Shown here piece after piece: positions 28,928 through 38,403 of a stretch of 64,000 nt of DNA. Below the pieces are notes generated by a model. It did no database searches. It saw nothing but the letters and a program-made list of their open reading frames with translations, and was not told the DNA's origin. Location of the stretch: IMG/VR virus record IMGVR_UViG_3300042518_001688, positions 1 to 64,000 of that record; one strand, written 5' to 3'. Numbering within the stretch: position 1 is the first letter of the stretch; each line of letters opens with the position of its first letter. The translations under genes and the position numbers were made by a program. The stretch comes from a virus.

Positions 28928-29131
28928 TTATTTTCCTTTTACTTCCTTAACTGTGATATCTTGTTCATCCTCTCTACCAGAGGACATTATTCTTTTTTTA
29001 GCGTTATTAGCGATCGCTTCTGACTTATACTTTTTAGCCTTTGATTCTAAGTCATCCCACTGTCTTTTTGTCGTCCAATACTGGGTTAGCGTAAGACCCA
29101 TTAACCGATATTTTCTTGCCAAAATGTACAT
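28928..29131 (-). CDS. Hypothetical protein
   Basis: AGGAG RBS. Confidence 0.65.
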   Translation of the reverse strand: MYILARKYRLMGLTLTQYWTTKRQWDDLESKAKKYKSEAIANNAKKRIMSSGREDEQDITVKEVKGK

Positions 29132-29153
29132 TTATTCTCCTTGGGTGCGATCG

Positions 29154-29351
29154 CTAAACTATTTTGACGTGAGCCAAGACATCATTCATATCTTGTCCAT
29201 AATATTGAACCTCAGCCGTTCTCCGAGCAAACTTGATATCTTTGTCTCCGCCGAAGGTTCTGACTTTACCTGCTGACAACTTGACGTAAACCTCGCCGTC
29301 AAGAAAAAAATATCCGCAAACTGGCACATCTTTAAATTGTCTAGATTCCAT
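29154..29351 (-). CDS. Hypothetical protein
   Basis: AAGGAG RBS before MESRQF. Confidence 0.65.
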   Translation of the reverse strand: MESRQFKDVPVCGYFFLDGEVYVKLSAGKVRTFGGDKDIKFARRTAEVQYYGQDMNDVLAHVKIV

Positions 29352-29357
29352 TGTTAT

Positions 29358-29927
29358 TCTCCTTGTTTCCTTGGTTTTTTCGAGGCTCTCTGTTCCCATA
29401 CCAACCCCTTGCGATCTCACTCAACGTATTTTAGTTGTTTAATAGTGAAATCTTGTTCAGTCCCCCCGTGATGGTAAATTATGGAATTTATGGCTTGAGT
29501 AGCCCAAAATTCAGAGGCATAGGTTTGCGCCTCACACGCGCCACTCCAGTTATCATTCTCTGACCAAAAATGTCCATTCTTGGCTAAGACATACAAAGTC
29601 TGCCTAGCTTGTTCTTGCATTTCATGGAAGACATCTAGTAACGCTGGATTGTGCATTATCCTAGAGGATTCAGGTTCGTCCCCGTATTCATGCCATGTTT
29701 GCACAAGAATTGAATTATCAACAGGGTAAACAATTAAGTAATGATACATACCCTCCTGTGAATCCCATCTAGCATCCTCAATAGAATAACCAAATCCTCC
29801 GTTTTCGTGTAATCCCGATGGTTTACAGTATTCCAATAACATTCTTAATTCATTTTCAGTCACCTTACTCTCCTTGTTTCCTTGGTTTTTTCGAGGCTCT
29901 CTGTTCCCATACCAACCCTTTGCGATC
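29358..29927. repeat. 59-bp direct repeat (29358-29416, 29869-29927) flanking one gene
   Basis: One mismatch; contains the RBS and ends at a HIP1-like site. Confidence 0.9.
29417..29863 (-). CDS. Hypothetical protein
   Basis: Likely GTG start just after the repeat-borne RBS. Confidence 0.65.
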   Translation of the reverse strand: MTENELRMLLEYCKPSGLHENGGFGYSIEDARWDSQEGMYHYLIVYPVDNSILVQTWHEYGDEPESSRIMHNPALLDVFHEMQEQARQTLYVLAKNGHFWSENDNWSGACEAQTYASEFWATQAINSIIYHHGGTEQDFTIKQLKYVE

Positions 29928-30137
29928 GCCTTTCCCACTTTCTCTAATAGCCAAAGCTAAATCATCGAGAGAGCATTTGTAGAGGTTCGCTAACTGAATG
30001 AACTTGTCGAGGGACATTGTTGGAGTAGAACTACCTTTTTCCCAGTTAATAAGGGTTCGTTCTGTTACCCCAATCACCTCCTTTGCATCACTCAGTCTTA
30101 TGTCGTGAGCTAACCTTAACGACCTTAAATCAATCAT
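29865..30137 (-). CDS. XRE/Cro-like HTH regulator
   Basis: LRSLR...IGVTERTLINWEKG...LANLYKCSLDDL. Confidence 0.85.
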   Translation of the reverse strand: MIDLRSLRLAHDIRLSDAKEVIGVTERTLINWEKGSSTPTMSLDKFIQLANLYKCSLDDLALAIRESGKGDRKGLVWEQRASKKPRKQGE

Positions 30138-30361
30138 ACACGAAATATAATTCAGGTGTCAACCAAATATAGCAACTATTTTTGGAAAGTGCAAGTTTTC
30201 CAATGTTCGACTCGATTATTTGATTTAATCGAAATTTTCCCAACAGGAAGCCCGACCCAAATCAAAACCTTGATTTAAGTGGATTCTTATTTTTGCTCTA
30301 GTTCTTCTGCTTTTATTGACTTCCTGAATCTTAAAAAAAGAAGAGAGAAATCAAGGGGAAA

Positions 30362-31357
30362 TCAAGGGGAAATCCCTATTTTGCCATTTTCGGCTCGTTT
30401 AAGCAGTGCCTTATACTTTGAGCGTGTGTACCGCATTGACTCCAGGTGGAAATCAATCTGATACAAGTTGCATCGTCTCAAAAATACCTGACCCGAATAA
30501 TCCGTAAAGAACCTACCTTTCTCAATACGATGACCACCTGGCTTTGAAGCAGACGATCGCCCATTCTTCTCATATAAAGTTATGGTTTTGTCGTCAACCT
30601 CAAAATAGGTCACTTCACCGGATTCACAATAACTGGCATTGTGGTTTATGGCTGATAGGATGTGTTGGTATTCGGGTTTGGTTTGAACTATCTGAAGGCG
30701 AATAATATCCTTCAGGTAAGAGCGTAGTGTAGTTGGATGACAACCTAGAATCGCGCTGATGCTGTCTTGACTAGCACCATACGGAACAAAAGTTTCATCC
30801 ACTTTGATTTGACCACCGCCGACACTTATAACTCCGGCTGCTGAAAAATCCCCTCTGGGCAGTTGTGGAGAGGCATCAGAAGACAAAGCTAAAATATCGT
30901 CAACAGTCGGAGGAGTAAAATGTTTCCGTTCCCTGGACTTCATACTGTTTTTAGCAGCATAGCGAGAACGGTTTTGTGCATCTAGGGTAGCGATCGCTGC
31001 TGCAATCTGTTTGTGACGTTCCAATATGTCGGTAATCTCAACAGTTGCAACAGCACCCCAACCATCTAGCTCATTGACTAGACAGGCATGGAGAAGACCA
31101 CCTAAGCGGATGGTAAATACTCCATTTTCCGATCTATAACTCCTGAAGAATCCAAGTCTCACGCCCTCTTTAAGCCATCTATATATAGTTGACATTGATT
31201 CTTTGAGTGAGCTAAGTTCCGCATAACCAACTACCACCCTTCCGCTACCTGACTCGTCAAGGGATCTAAACAAGTACCAGGCTTTAACGCAAGGATGGAG
31301 TAATAGTAGGTTTTGATGGACGCGGACTTGGCTCATGGATTCTCTACAGGGTTGCAA
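30362..31357 (-). CDS. Hypothetical wHTH-containing protein
   Basis: STIYRWLKEGVRLGFFRSY; 331 aa. Confidence 0.7.
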   Translation of the reverse strand: MQPCRESMSQVRVHQNLLLLHPCVKAWYLFRSLDESGSGRVVVGYAELSSLKESMSTIYRWLKEGVRLGFFRSYRSENGVFTIRLGGLLHACLVNELDGWGAVATVEITDILERHKQIAAAIATLDAQNRSRYAAKNSMKSRERKHFTPPTVDDILALSSDASPQLPRGDFSAAGVISVGGGQIKVDETFVPYGASQDSISAILGCHPTTLRSYLKDIIRLQIVQTKPEYQHILSAINHNASYCESGEVTYFEVDDKTITLYEKNGRSSASKPGGHRIEKGRFFTDYSGQVFLRRCNLYQIDFHLESMRYTRSKYKALLKRAENGKIGISP

Positions 31358-31698
31358 TAGTTAGCTAACTCTGCAACATCAATGAAAGCAGGTGAAGCCC
31401 AGTATTCAATATCGTTTTCCCAATGAATCTTTGTGAAATTACGTAAATAGACAACGAGTGTTTTAGTTTCGTCGTCTACTCTCCAATTGCGAAAGAAACC
31501 AAGGGACTGCCCGATAATGAGCCACTGAATAATATCCTCTGCTGATGCCTTGAGTAAACGAAGTTCATTGACACCAAGCCTTACTATCCCTTGACGTTTT
31601 TCGTCAAAGAACTGTGCCAAATACCAAAGTGCGCCGCACGGGTATTCTTTTAGTAATTTTCGGTCAACTCTGATCTCGCTGCTCATGCACATTACCAA
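31333..31698 (-). CDS. Short paralogue of the N-terminus of 30362-31357
   Basis: PC..WYL...D...G...EL..LK...WL..G..LGFFR shared. Confidence 0.7.
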   Translation of the reverse strand: MVMCMSSEIRVDRKLLKEYPCGALWYLAQFFDEKRQGIVRLGVNELRLLKASAEDIIQWLIIGQSLGFFRNWRVDDETKTLVVYLRNFTKIHWENDIEYWASPAFIDVAELANYCNPVENP

Positions 31699-31794
31699 AG
31701 ATGTTGTCAGTTAACCGAAACCGTGATACAATAGAATGAAACCAATATTTAAAAAGCGGTTGAATCACATTAGATGATTCGTTTTTTGTATCAC

Positions 31795-31826
31795 GGAGAA
31801 CTCCTTGCAGGGAGTTCTTTTTTTTC
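31795..31826 (+). terminator. Intrinsic terminator-like hairpin
   Basis: GAGAACTCC-TTGCAG-GGAGTTCTTTTTTT. Confidence 0.6.
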
Positions 31827-31924
31827 GGTTATTCTCATTCTATACCAGATTTCGGCATTTGCGGTAACAATTTTGGAATACCCAAATGTTCGACTCGATT
31901 ATTGCGATCGCATACCACATTGCT

Positions 31925-32443
31925 TCATGCAACCTGATCCTGTTCTTCAGGGTGATGAATACAATATATTGCCAATGAGAATACAAATAACATAGTTTTT
32001 ACATCCTTTTCTGAATTTACATTACATTCTTTGAAATTTATTACAGTGCATCTTTCTGCATTAAACATCTCAGCGATACAAGCAAGAGCAATAGATACTC
32101 GTTTCACTATGTCACCTATTGAAATAAGTTCATCTTCTTTAAGCGATCGCTCGAAGTCTTCGCTATTGAATCTTTCCCACCATTTATCTATTTCTTTTAA
32201 GATAACTTCGACCTTCTTTTCTTTAACCGATATCTTGTTTAGCCCAGAAAGAAACCCGTGATTCCAGTTCTCTATGACAAACATCCATATAATTGGAGTC
32301 CATTGCCCACATTGTGGATTTTTCATCATATCGCTAGTTAATTTATCTTTAGTAAATTTCTTGTATTTCTTGTTGCTATATTCTGGATCACCATATTTAT
32401 CTCCTAGTAATCTCTTTCTTCTTTTTGCTTCTCCCATTGCCAT
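31925..32443 (-). CDS. Hypothetical protein with MGEAKRRK N-terminus
   Basis: AAGGAG RBS; DUF2839-like leader. Confidence 0.7.
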   Translation of the reverse strand: MAMGEAKRRKRLLGDKYGDPEYSNKKYKKFTKDKLTSDMMKNPQCGQWTPIIWMFVIENWNHGFLSGLNKISVKEKKVEVILKEIDKWWERFNSEDFERSLKEDELISIGDIVKRVSIALACIAEMFNAERCTVINFKECNVNSEKDVKTMLFVFSLAIYCIHHPEEQDQVA

Positions 32444-32632
32444 GCTCCTTTGTATTCTTTTTGAGGAAATATAGTTAATATTTTACCATGTTTTGTAAGT
32501 TGTTAAGCCAATGCTTTTATAGTGTAAACTTGTTGTGATCGCACCACTAATAAAAACTGATGAAATAAGTAATCCATCCATATTATTTAGGTTAGCCAAA
32601 GAGAATGTTATTGTCGCCCATCATCTTAAACT

Positions 32633-32705
32633 GTGGGAAGCAGGGCTACGGTGCGCTCGGTCGGTACAAAACGACACTTAGTTGGTTCAACTCCATCCCT
32701 CGACT
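32633..32705 (+). pseudogene. Degenerate tRNA remnant (possibly Cys-derived)
   Basis: GTCG-GTACAAAA-CGAC arm and GG-TTCAACT-CC T-loop; acceptor stem poorly paired. Confidence 0.35.
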
Positions 32706-32715
32706 CTAAAATCAA

Positions 32716-33444
32716 ATGTTCGACTCGATTATTCCGATCGCTCCCAAACCTGCTCAACAACCGCTACACAAGTGGCGGTTTTGTTGCTACAATGGCGATT
32801 TTATTTTGCGATCGCACATGACCTTTAGCATTGACATCCCCCACTTCAAATGCTTCATTAACAAATCCTTCCTTTTTGACTGGGATTTACAGCAGACAGG
32901 GTATGTACCAGTACGAGTATTTGGCATGACCTCTATTCCTGGTCGGTCAGTTGGATTTAACTTGATGACCGACCAGGGAGCGCAATTTGCTAGAGTTCCG
33001 GTTCATGCTCTAGCTTGGAAGGAAGACTGTGAACAATTACCTTTAGATTGGTTGCAGTTGTGGGATTGCCTAAGTTATGAACCCTGCGCGATCGCCTATT
33101 CCTATCTTTCTGAATTACGCTGTAAGACTATTCTCAAAGACGGAAAATGGTACGGTGGCGAATATGTATTCACGATTGATTGGGCTGGTGGTGACTGGGC
33201 AGAAGACCCAAGTGAACACAAATGCGGTCATGTTTTAAAATTAGATAACGGTTGCTTTACCATACAACCAAATAACAGGATAATTTGGTTTGATCCTAGT
33301 TTCATTACTGAACCACTAACAAAAAATCCTGGATATAAAATCCACACTCACAGATATAAAAGCGAATCTTCTGGTAAGTGGGTATCGGAAGATAGTGATA
33401 AGTTTTTCTATGATATTCATGAATCTACCTTACCAATCACATGA
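32716..33444 (+). CDS. Conserved phage protein
   Basis: LWDC, IDW, EHKCGH, QPNNRIIWFD motifs recur in aquatic phages; true start probably MTFSID. Confidence 0.7.
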   Translation: MFDSIIPIAPKPAQQPLHKWRFCCYNGDFILRSHMTFSIDIPHFKCFINKSFLFDWDLQQTGYVPVRVFGMTSIPGRSVGFNLMTDQGAQFARVPVHALAWKEDCEQLPLDWLQLWDCLSYEPCAIAYSYLSELRCKTILKDGKWYGGEYVFTIDWAGGDWAEDPSEHKCGHVLKLDNGCFTIQPNNRIIWFDPSFITEPLTKNPGYKIHTHRYKSESSGKWVSEDSDKFFYDIHESTLPIT

Positions 33445-33665
33445 TATCCTCCGTCATTCCCAGCATTGTCTATTTCCTTTTTGAGTAATTCTCTTAATTT
33501 TACCAAGTCATCATAATATCCTTGGCAAATTAACCAAGCACTAAAAGCTAAGACTTCTGGCTGTGATTCATCTGCTGATTGTATCTGCTCTAAGATAGCC
33601 TCAATGTGTTCGGCATCTGTACAGTCTATCTTAACTGTAATTTCATCTGTGGATGGATTAAACAC
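33417..33665 (-). CDS. Hypothetical protein
   Basis: AAGGAGG RBS. Confidence 0.65.
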   Translation of the reverse strand: MFNPSTDEITVKIDCTDAEHIEAILEQIQSADESQPEVLAFSAWLICQGYYDDLVKLRELLKKEIDNAGNDGGYHVIGKVDS

Positions 33666-33777
33666 AATTCCTCCTTAAATACATAGATAAACAGGCGCGA
33701 TCGCATTTCCATCGTACATCGTTTTTAACTAATGTTATTATCTCTATTTAATTTGTAATATACAATAAAACAGGATT

Positions 33778-34110
33778 ATGCAACTAGAAAGAATGCCGCA
33801 GCTTGGTCAAGTCTGGCAAGATTTTAAGAATAATAAATACAAAATACTTTTTGTCACTGGTAGTCCAATTAAATTGCTGGAGGATTTATATAATGTTAAT
33901 GAAGACATTAAACATCATGAAACAGGATATAAATGTCTTCTAGCCTATAAGAACAATAAGACTGCTTTGATTTACGAACATGATGTGTGTACTGGCAATT
34001 GTTTAGAAGGTGATTATGTGATTTATCGGCGCATGAATCCTAAGTATCCACAAATATGGGCGTGTTCATTAGATGAGTTTTTAGAAATAATTAGTTCACC
34101 AGTAAGTTGA
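33778..34110 (+). CDS. DUF1653-like protein
   Basis: GQVWQDFKNNKYKIL...VIYR...IWACSLDEFL. Confidence 0.55.
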   Translation: MQLERMPQLGQVWQDFKNNKYKILFVTGSPIKLLEDLYNVNEDIKHHETGYKCLLAYKNNKTALIYEHDVCTGNCLEGDYVIYRRMNPKYPQIWACSLDEFLEIISSPVS

Positions 34111-34141
34111 TAGCTTACTATTTTAGCGATGCGATCACAAA

Positions 34142-34405
34142 TCATTGACTACAAAGAATATCCCAAAACATTGAGTCATCTATCAGTGAACTTGGTCTAG
34201 GGTCTATATGCAATCGCCACCATCTGAAGTTTTTCCAGATATATCTAAACCCTCTAAGAAATTTGTTGTCAGAATATTTATCCGTTTTAGAAACAACTAA
34301 GTATTCAATGCTGCGATGATTTACGCTCTCTAATAAATTGATAATTTCATCTTCTGAGAGATCATCATCAGCTTCGATTTTGACTTCTATTCTCCAGATT
34401 TTCAT
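34142..34405 (-). CDS. Hypothetical protein
   Basis: AAGGA RBS. Confidence 0.6.
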   Translation of the reverse strand: MKIWRIEVKIEADDDLSEDEIINLLESVNHRSIEYLVVSKTDKYSDNKFLRGFRYIWKNFRWWRLHIDPRPSSLIDDSMFWDILCSQ

Positions 34406-34429
34406 GATTTTCCTTGGTTATGCGATCGC

Positions 34430-34945
34430 TTATTTATTTCCTCTCCAAATCATATCACTGAAAAATCCCCAACCGTCAATTCTAGAATCAACATTGCTGT
34501 AGGTAGATAAACCATCTTTAGTCAATTCAAGAAAGCATTTACCATGCTTTTCTTCTGTGTAGTTTTCAATGAAAACACCATCCAATCCATCGGATGAAGG
34601 ACAAAACCGAACATGAGGAGGAGATATGATGATTGCCAATTTAGTATTTTTTGGAGGATAAATACACTTGTAGGCGATCGCACCATACTCAGCTAATATA
34701 GCGATCGCTGCTTTTCCTTTGATTGGATTTCTGCTCTCGTCGCTGGCATACTTATCAAGATTTTCTACTGCTTTTAAAGCGTATTCCCAATCAATTATGA
34801 CTGGTTTGTTGATTTCTTTGAATGGTTCTAATTGAATTTCCATGTTACCCCCGGATACTAGCTGTATATTAAATTGTATAACATTACTCATTCCTTTGTA
34901 TACATGACTTCTAGAGGTCAAATGCAAGGTGCATCTAACCCCCAA
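34430..34945 (-). CDS. Hypothetical protein
   Basis: ORF; start uncertain. Confidence 0.6.
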   Translation of the reverse strand: MGVRCTLHLTSRSHVYKGMSNVIQFNIQLVSGGNMEIQLEPFKEINKPVIIDWEYALKAVENLDKYASDESRNPIKGKAAIAILAEYGAIAYKCIYPPKNTKLAIIISPPHVRFCPSSDGLDGVFIENYTEEKHGKCFLELTKDGLSTYSNVDSRIDGWGFFSDMIWRGNK

Positions 34946-35091
34946 TTATTTAAAATCTATAATTATAATTGTTTATGCTGTATATACATTATTTGTATAT
35001 CAAATTGTGTATCATTTTAGTTTTATTATTAATGTTTGTTTATGGCAATAGCGATCGCTGCACTATTTTTCTCTCACTTTTTTGTGAACAA

Positions 35092-35183
35092 GTGCAATAG
35101 TCCGTCACGAAGTCAACGGCTTCCCACTTGCTATGTGTAGCATGAAGCTCTCCAAGCAATTTGATAGGGCGGAGTGTCGCCAC
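35092..35183. mobile_element. Degenerate IS200/IS605-type non-autonomous mini-element
   Basis: Facing end-like hairpins CCGTCACGAAGTCAACGGCTTC and GAAGCTC...GGAGTGTCGCCAC with no ORF. Confidence 0.4.
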
Positions 35184-35275
35184 TGGAGCGATCGCACTCT
35201 AACTTTAACATATTTTTATAGCATTTGAAGTAATAATCAATTACAATTATTGCTTCGTTTCTATCTATTCAAGAT

Positions 35276-37612
35276 ATGTTTTCAGATAATGCTCCTTCTG
35301 CTAATCCGGTGTTTTTTAGAACCTACAGCAGACGCACGAAATTGGGCTATAGAGAAACATGGGGTCAGGTTTGCGATCGCACGGCAAAAGCAACTTCTGT
35401 AATTGGCAGATTCACAGAAGAAGAATGGGCGTTAATTGATAAATACCAACGTGAATTAAAAACCCTGTCTAGTGGTAGATGGTTGTGGGTTGGTGGTACA
35501 AAATGGATTGGAGATCCACTTAATGTTTATGGTGGGTACAATTGCTCTGGTACTGCTGTTGTTGATTGGGCAGCATTTGGATTGATCATGAATCTTGCTA
35601 TGACTGGCTGTGGAACAGGGGCAGGTTTAGAAGAGAAATTTATTAGTCAATTACCAGTTATTAGAAATAAATTAACTGTTGAGATTAAACAGGAGATTGG
35701 CGCGATTGAGCCGCGCTTCAGGGAAGAAGAAACAGAGATATTTTACTACGAGGGCGATCGCACTGTAGATATAAATGTTGGTGATAGTCGGAAGGGTTGG
35801 GTTGATGCTTATAGAGGATTTTTAGAATTATCCTCAGACGAAAGAATTGTTGATGATTTAAAAGTCAATATTTATTTAGGTCATGTCCGCAAATCTGGGG
35901 AAAAACTAAAATCTTTTGGTGGCACTGCTAACCCTGCAAAATTAACTGATTTGTGGGAGAAGTTAGCACGGGTTCTTAATGGGGCGATTGGTAGAAAACT
36001 TAATTATGAAGAATGCTGTTTGTTGATAGATGAAGCAGCTATTGTGATCGTTGCCGGAAATATTAGGAGGAGTGCTGGGATTCGTCAATTTGATGTATCG
36101 GCAAAGCTTTTAAAATCTGATTTATGGCAACAAGATGAACAAGGTAATTGGTTTATTGACCCTGCCAGGGATGCTTTAAGAATTGCTAATCATACCCGTG
36201 TTTACCACCAAAAACCAACCAAGGAAGAATGTATTGATGCCGTGAGAAGTCAGTATTATTCTGGTGAGGGTGCTATCCAATGGGCAGGGGAGGCGATCGC
36301 ACGAAGTAATGCAGATTTGTTAAATAATCCTAATCTTAAAAAAGAGTTCTTGGCTTCATATCAGGAATGCCCTGATGATGCTAAATTCATTCTTGGTTAT
36401 ATTGCCTACAAGAAAAATAATGGTGTTAGTTTAGGTGAAAAAGAATTAAATCACCGTATAAACCGTTGTCTGCTCAACCCATGCGGAGAAATAACGGGTT
36501 TTGACTTCATGTGTGATTTATCAGAAGTGCATCTAAACAATGTTGATCCGCTTAACTTTGAGGAACAGAAAAGCGCGTTCGAGGCAGGTGCATTAAATGT
36601 TGTTGCTTTACTTCATCAAAAATTCCCAGATGAGAGATATCAATACAGTCGGGAAATAGATCCCATTGTTGCAGTATGCCCAACAGGAGTATTTGACTTC
36701 TTTGTTAAATTATTCGGTGTTGATTGGCTGAAGTGGTGGGAAGCTGGTAGACCTGAAGAGTGGAAAGCTGAAGATAATATTAAATTGTGGTACGCGACTG
36801 GCTGCTTCCCGGAAGAGTCTGAAGGTAATATTTATAAGCGAATTGAGAAAAAGATTCTTTCTTGGTGGTCTGATATTGTTCATAAAAAAGCATGGGAATA
36901 TTGCGATCGCCACAACCTCCGTCGCCCCAATAGATGTACCGCCGTGCAACCTAGCGGTTCAAAAAGTTTGTTAACGGGCGCAAGTTCTGGTTGGCATCCT
37001 CCAAAGGCGCAAAGATTTATCCGTCGTATCACCTTTCGTAAAAATGATCCAGTGGCATTAGCTTGTATTGACTATGGCTACAACGTCATCCCCTCCCAGT
37101 CTGACAAGGATGAGAATGGTAATTTACTCAATGATCCACATAGCCCTTTTTGTACAGAATGGTTGGTAGAAATTCCTACAGAAGTACCTTGGGCTAATCT
37201 GCCCGGTGCTGACCAAATTGATATATCCAAGTTTTCAGCATTAGCCCAGTTTGATTTTTGGATGCAAGTTCAGAAGCACTATGTAACTCATAACGCAAGT
37301 TCAACTATTGAATTGAGAGAAGGGGAAATAGAAGAATTAGGCGATCGCATTTACCGAGCAATTCAAAATGATGAGGGATATATCTCAACAGCATTATTAG
37401 CTCGGTTTGACGACCTGCAATCATTCCCCCGGCTGCCATTTGAACCAATAGACAAAGAAACCTACGATCGCTTATCCCAAGAAGTAAAAGCCCGACGCAA
37501 AACCGATGATTTTTGCGAGGCATTAGCCCATTATGACTTGGGAGAAATAGACCAAGCTGGTCCGGCTGGATGTGACTCTGATAAATGTATGTTTCCAATG
37601 GAGAAACCATGA
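35276..37612 (+). CDS. nrdJ: Class II (B12-dependent) ribonucleoside-triphosphate reductase
   Basis: GYNCS, NPCGEI, CDLSEVHL, TAVQPSGSKSLL, C-terminal GCDSDKC. Confidence 0.95.
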   Translation: MFSDNAPSANPVFFRTYSRRTKLGYRETWGQVCDRTAKATSVIGRFTEEEWALIDKYQRELKTLSSGRWLWVGGTKWIGDPLNVYGGYNCSGTAVVDWAAFGLIMNLAMTGCGTGAGLEEKFISQLPVIRNKLTVEIKQEIGAIEPRFREEETEIFYYEGDRTVDINVGDSRKGWVDAYRGFLELSSDERIVDDLKVNIYLGHVRKSGEKLKSFGGTANPAKLTDLWEKLARVLNGAIGRKLNYEECCLLIDEAAIVIVAGNIRRSAGIRQFDVSAKLLKSDLWQQDEQGNWFIDPARDALRIANHTRVYHQKPTKEECIDAVRSQYYSGEGAIQWAGEAIARSNADLLNNPNLKKEFLASYQECPDDAKFILGYIAYKKNNGVSLGEKELNHRINRCLLNPCGEITGFDFMCDLSEVHLNNVDPLNFEEQKSAFEAGALNVVALLHQKFPDERYQYSREIDPIVAVCPTGVFDFFVKLFGVDWLKWWEAGRPEEWKAEDNIKLWYATGCFPEESEGNIYKRIEKKILSWWSDIVHKKAWEYCDRHNLRRPNRCTAVQPSGSKSLLTGASSGWHPPKAQRFIRRITFRKNDPVALACIDYGYNVIPSQSDKDENGNLLNDPHSPFCTEWLVEIPTEVPWANLPGADQIDISKFSALAQFDFWMQVQKHYVTHNASSTIELREGEIEELGDRIYRAIQNDEGYISTALLARFDDLQSFPRLPFEPIDKETYDRLSQEVKARRKTDDFCEALAHYDLGEIDQAGPAGCDSDKCMFPMEKP

Positions 37613-37797
37613 CTCAATTGACAACAGAACAACAATTCTCTATTCACTCATTTGCTCATCAGGTAAAACAAATGAGTGAGGCACAAGCGAAAGAGCTTTT
37701 GATAAAGCTGCATGAGCAAATGATTGTCCGTGAAGCGACTTATCAGGAATTACTCAAACATCAATGGGGTATTAGTAGCGTAGAGGAATTAGGATGA
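37609..37797 (+). CDS. nblA: Phycobilisome degradation protein NblA
   Basis: LTTEQQFSIHSFAHQVKQMSEAQAKELLIKLHEQMIVREATYQELLKHQWG. Confidence 0.93.
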   Translation: MTQLTTEQQFSIHSFAHQVKQMSEAQAKELLIKLHEQMIVREATYQELLKHQWGISSVEELG

Positions 37798-38402
37798 TAT
37801 TAAACGATAAGCAGATAACAGAATTAGCTCAAAAAGGGATGATTCAACCATTTGAATCTTCACTGGTTCGGGAAGTTGAGATATCTGGATATCCTGGTAT
37901 GACCCAACGGATTCCGGTTGTTAGTTATGGTTTAGGCTCTTTTGGTTATGATATTCGTCTTAGTTCCAAGGAATTTAGGATTTTTAAGCATATTCCAGGC
38001 ACGGTTATAGATCCTAAAAACTTTAATCCCGACAACCTTGAATCTGTCCAACTGCATCACGATCCTAATGGTAGTTTCTTTATTCTTCCAGGTCATTCCT
38101 ATGGACTTGGTGTAGCGGTTGAAAAGATAGAAATGCCAGCAGACTTAACCGCAATCTGTTTAACCAAGAGTACGTATGCTAGGGTTGCGATCATTGCAAA
38201 CCTTACGCCAATAGAAAGTCAGTGGCGAGGACATTTAACTATCGAGATATCTAATAATTGTAGTGCTGATTGCAGAGTTTATGCCAACGAAGGAATAGCG
38301 CAATTGTTGTTTTTAAAAGGTGAACCTTGCTCTGTTTCCTACCAAGACAGAAAAGGTAAATACCAAGACCAGCCAGAACAGATTGTATTCGCAAAGGTTT
38401 AA
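37794..38402 (+). CDS. dcd: dCTP deaminase
   Basis: SYGLGSFGYDIRL, KSTYAR, YANEGIAQLLF. Confidence 0.95.
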   Translation: MILNDKQITELAQKGMIQPFESSLVREVEISGYPGMTQRIPVVSYGLGSFGYDIRLSSKEFRIFKHIPGTVIDPKNFNPDNLESVQLHHDPNGSFFILPGHSYGLGVAVEKIEMPADLTAICLTKSTYARVAIIANLTPIESQWRGHLTIEISNNCSADCRVYANEGIAQLLFLKGEPCSVSYQDRKGKYQDQPEQIVFAKV

Positions 38403-38403
38403 T

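Noticed and set aside
35040-35275. Cobalamin riboswitch upstream of B12-dependent nrdJ
   Set aside because: Only GCCACTG is present; the rest of the B12 box is missing and the region fits an IS200/IS605-type end remnant better
35276-37612. Intein or intron in nrdJ (also checked dnaB)
   Set aside because: Both have normal length and contiguous motifs
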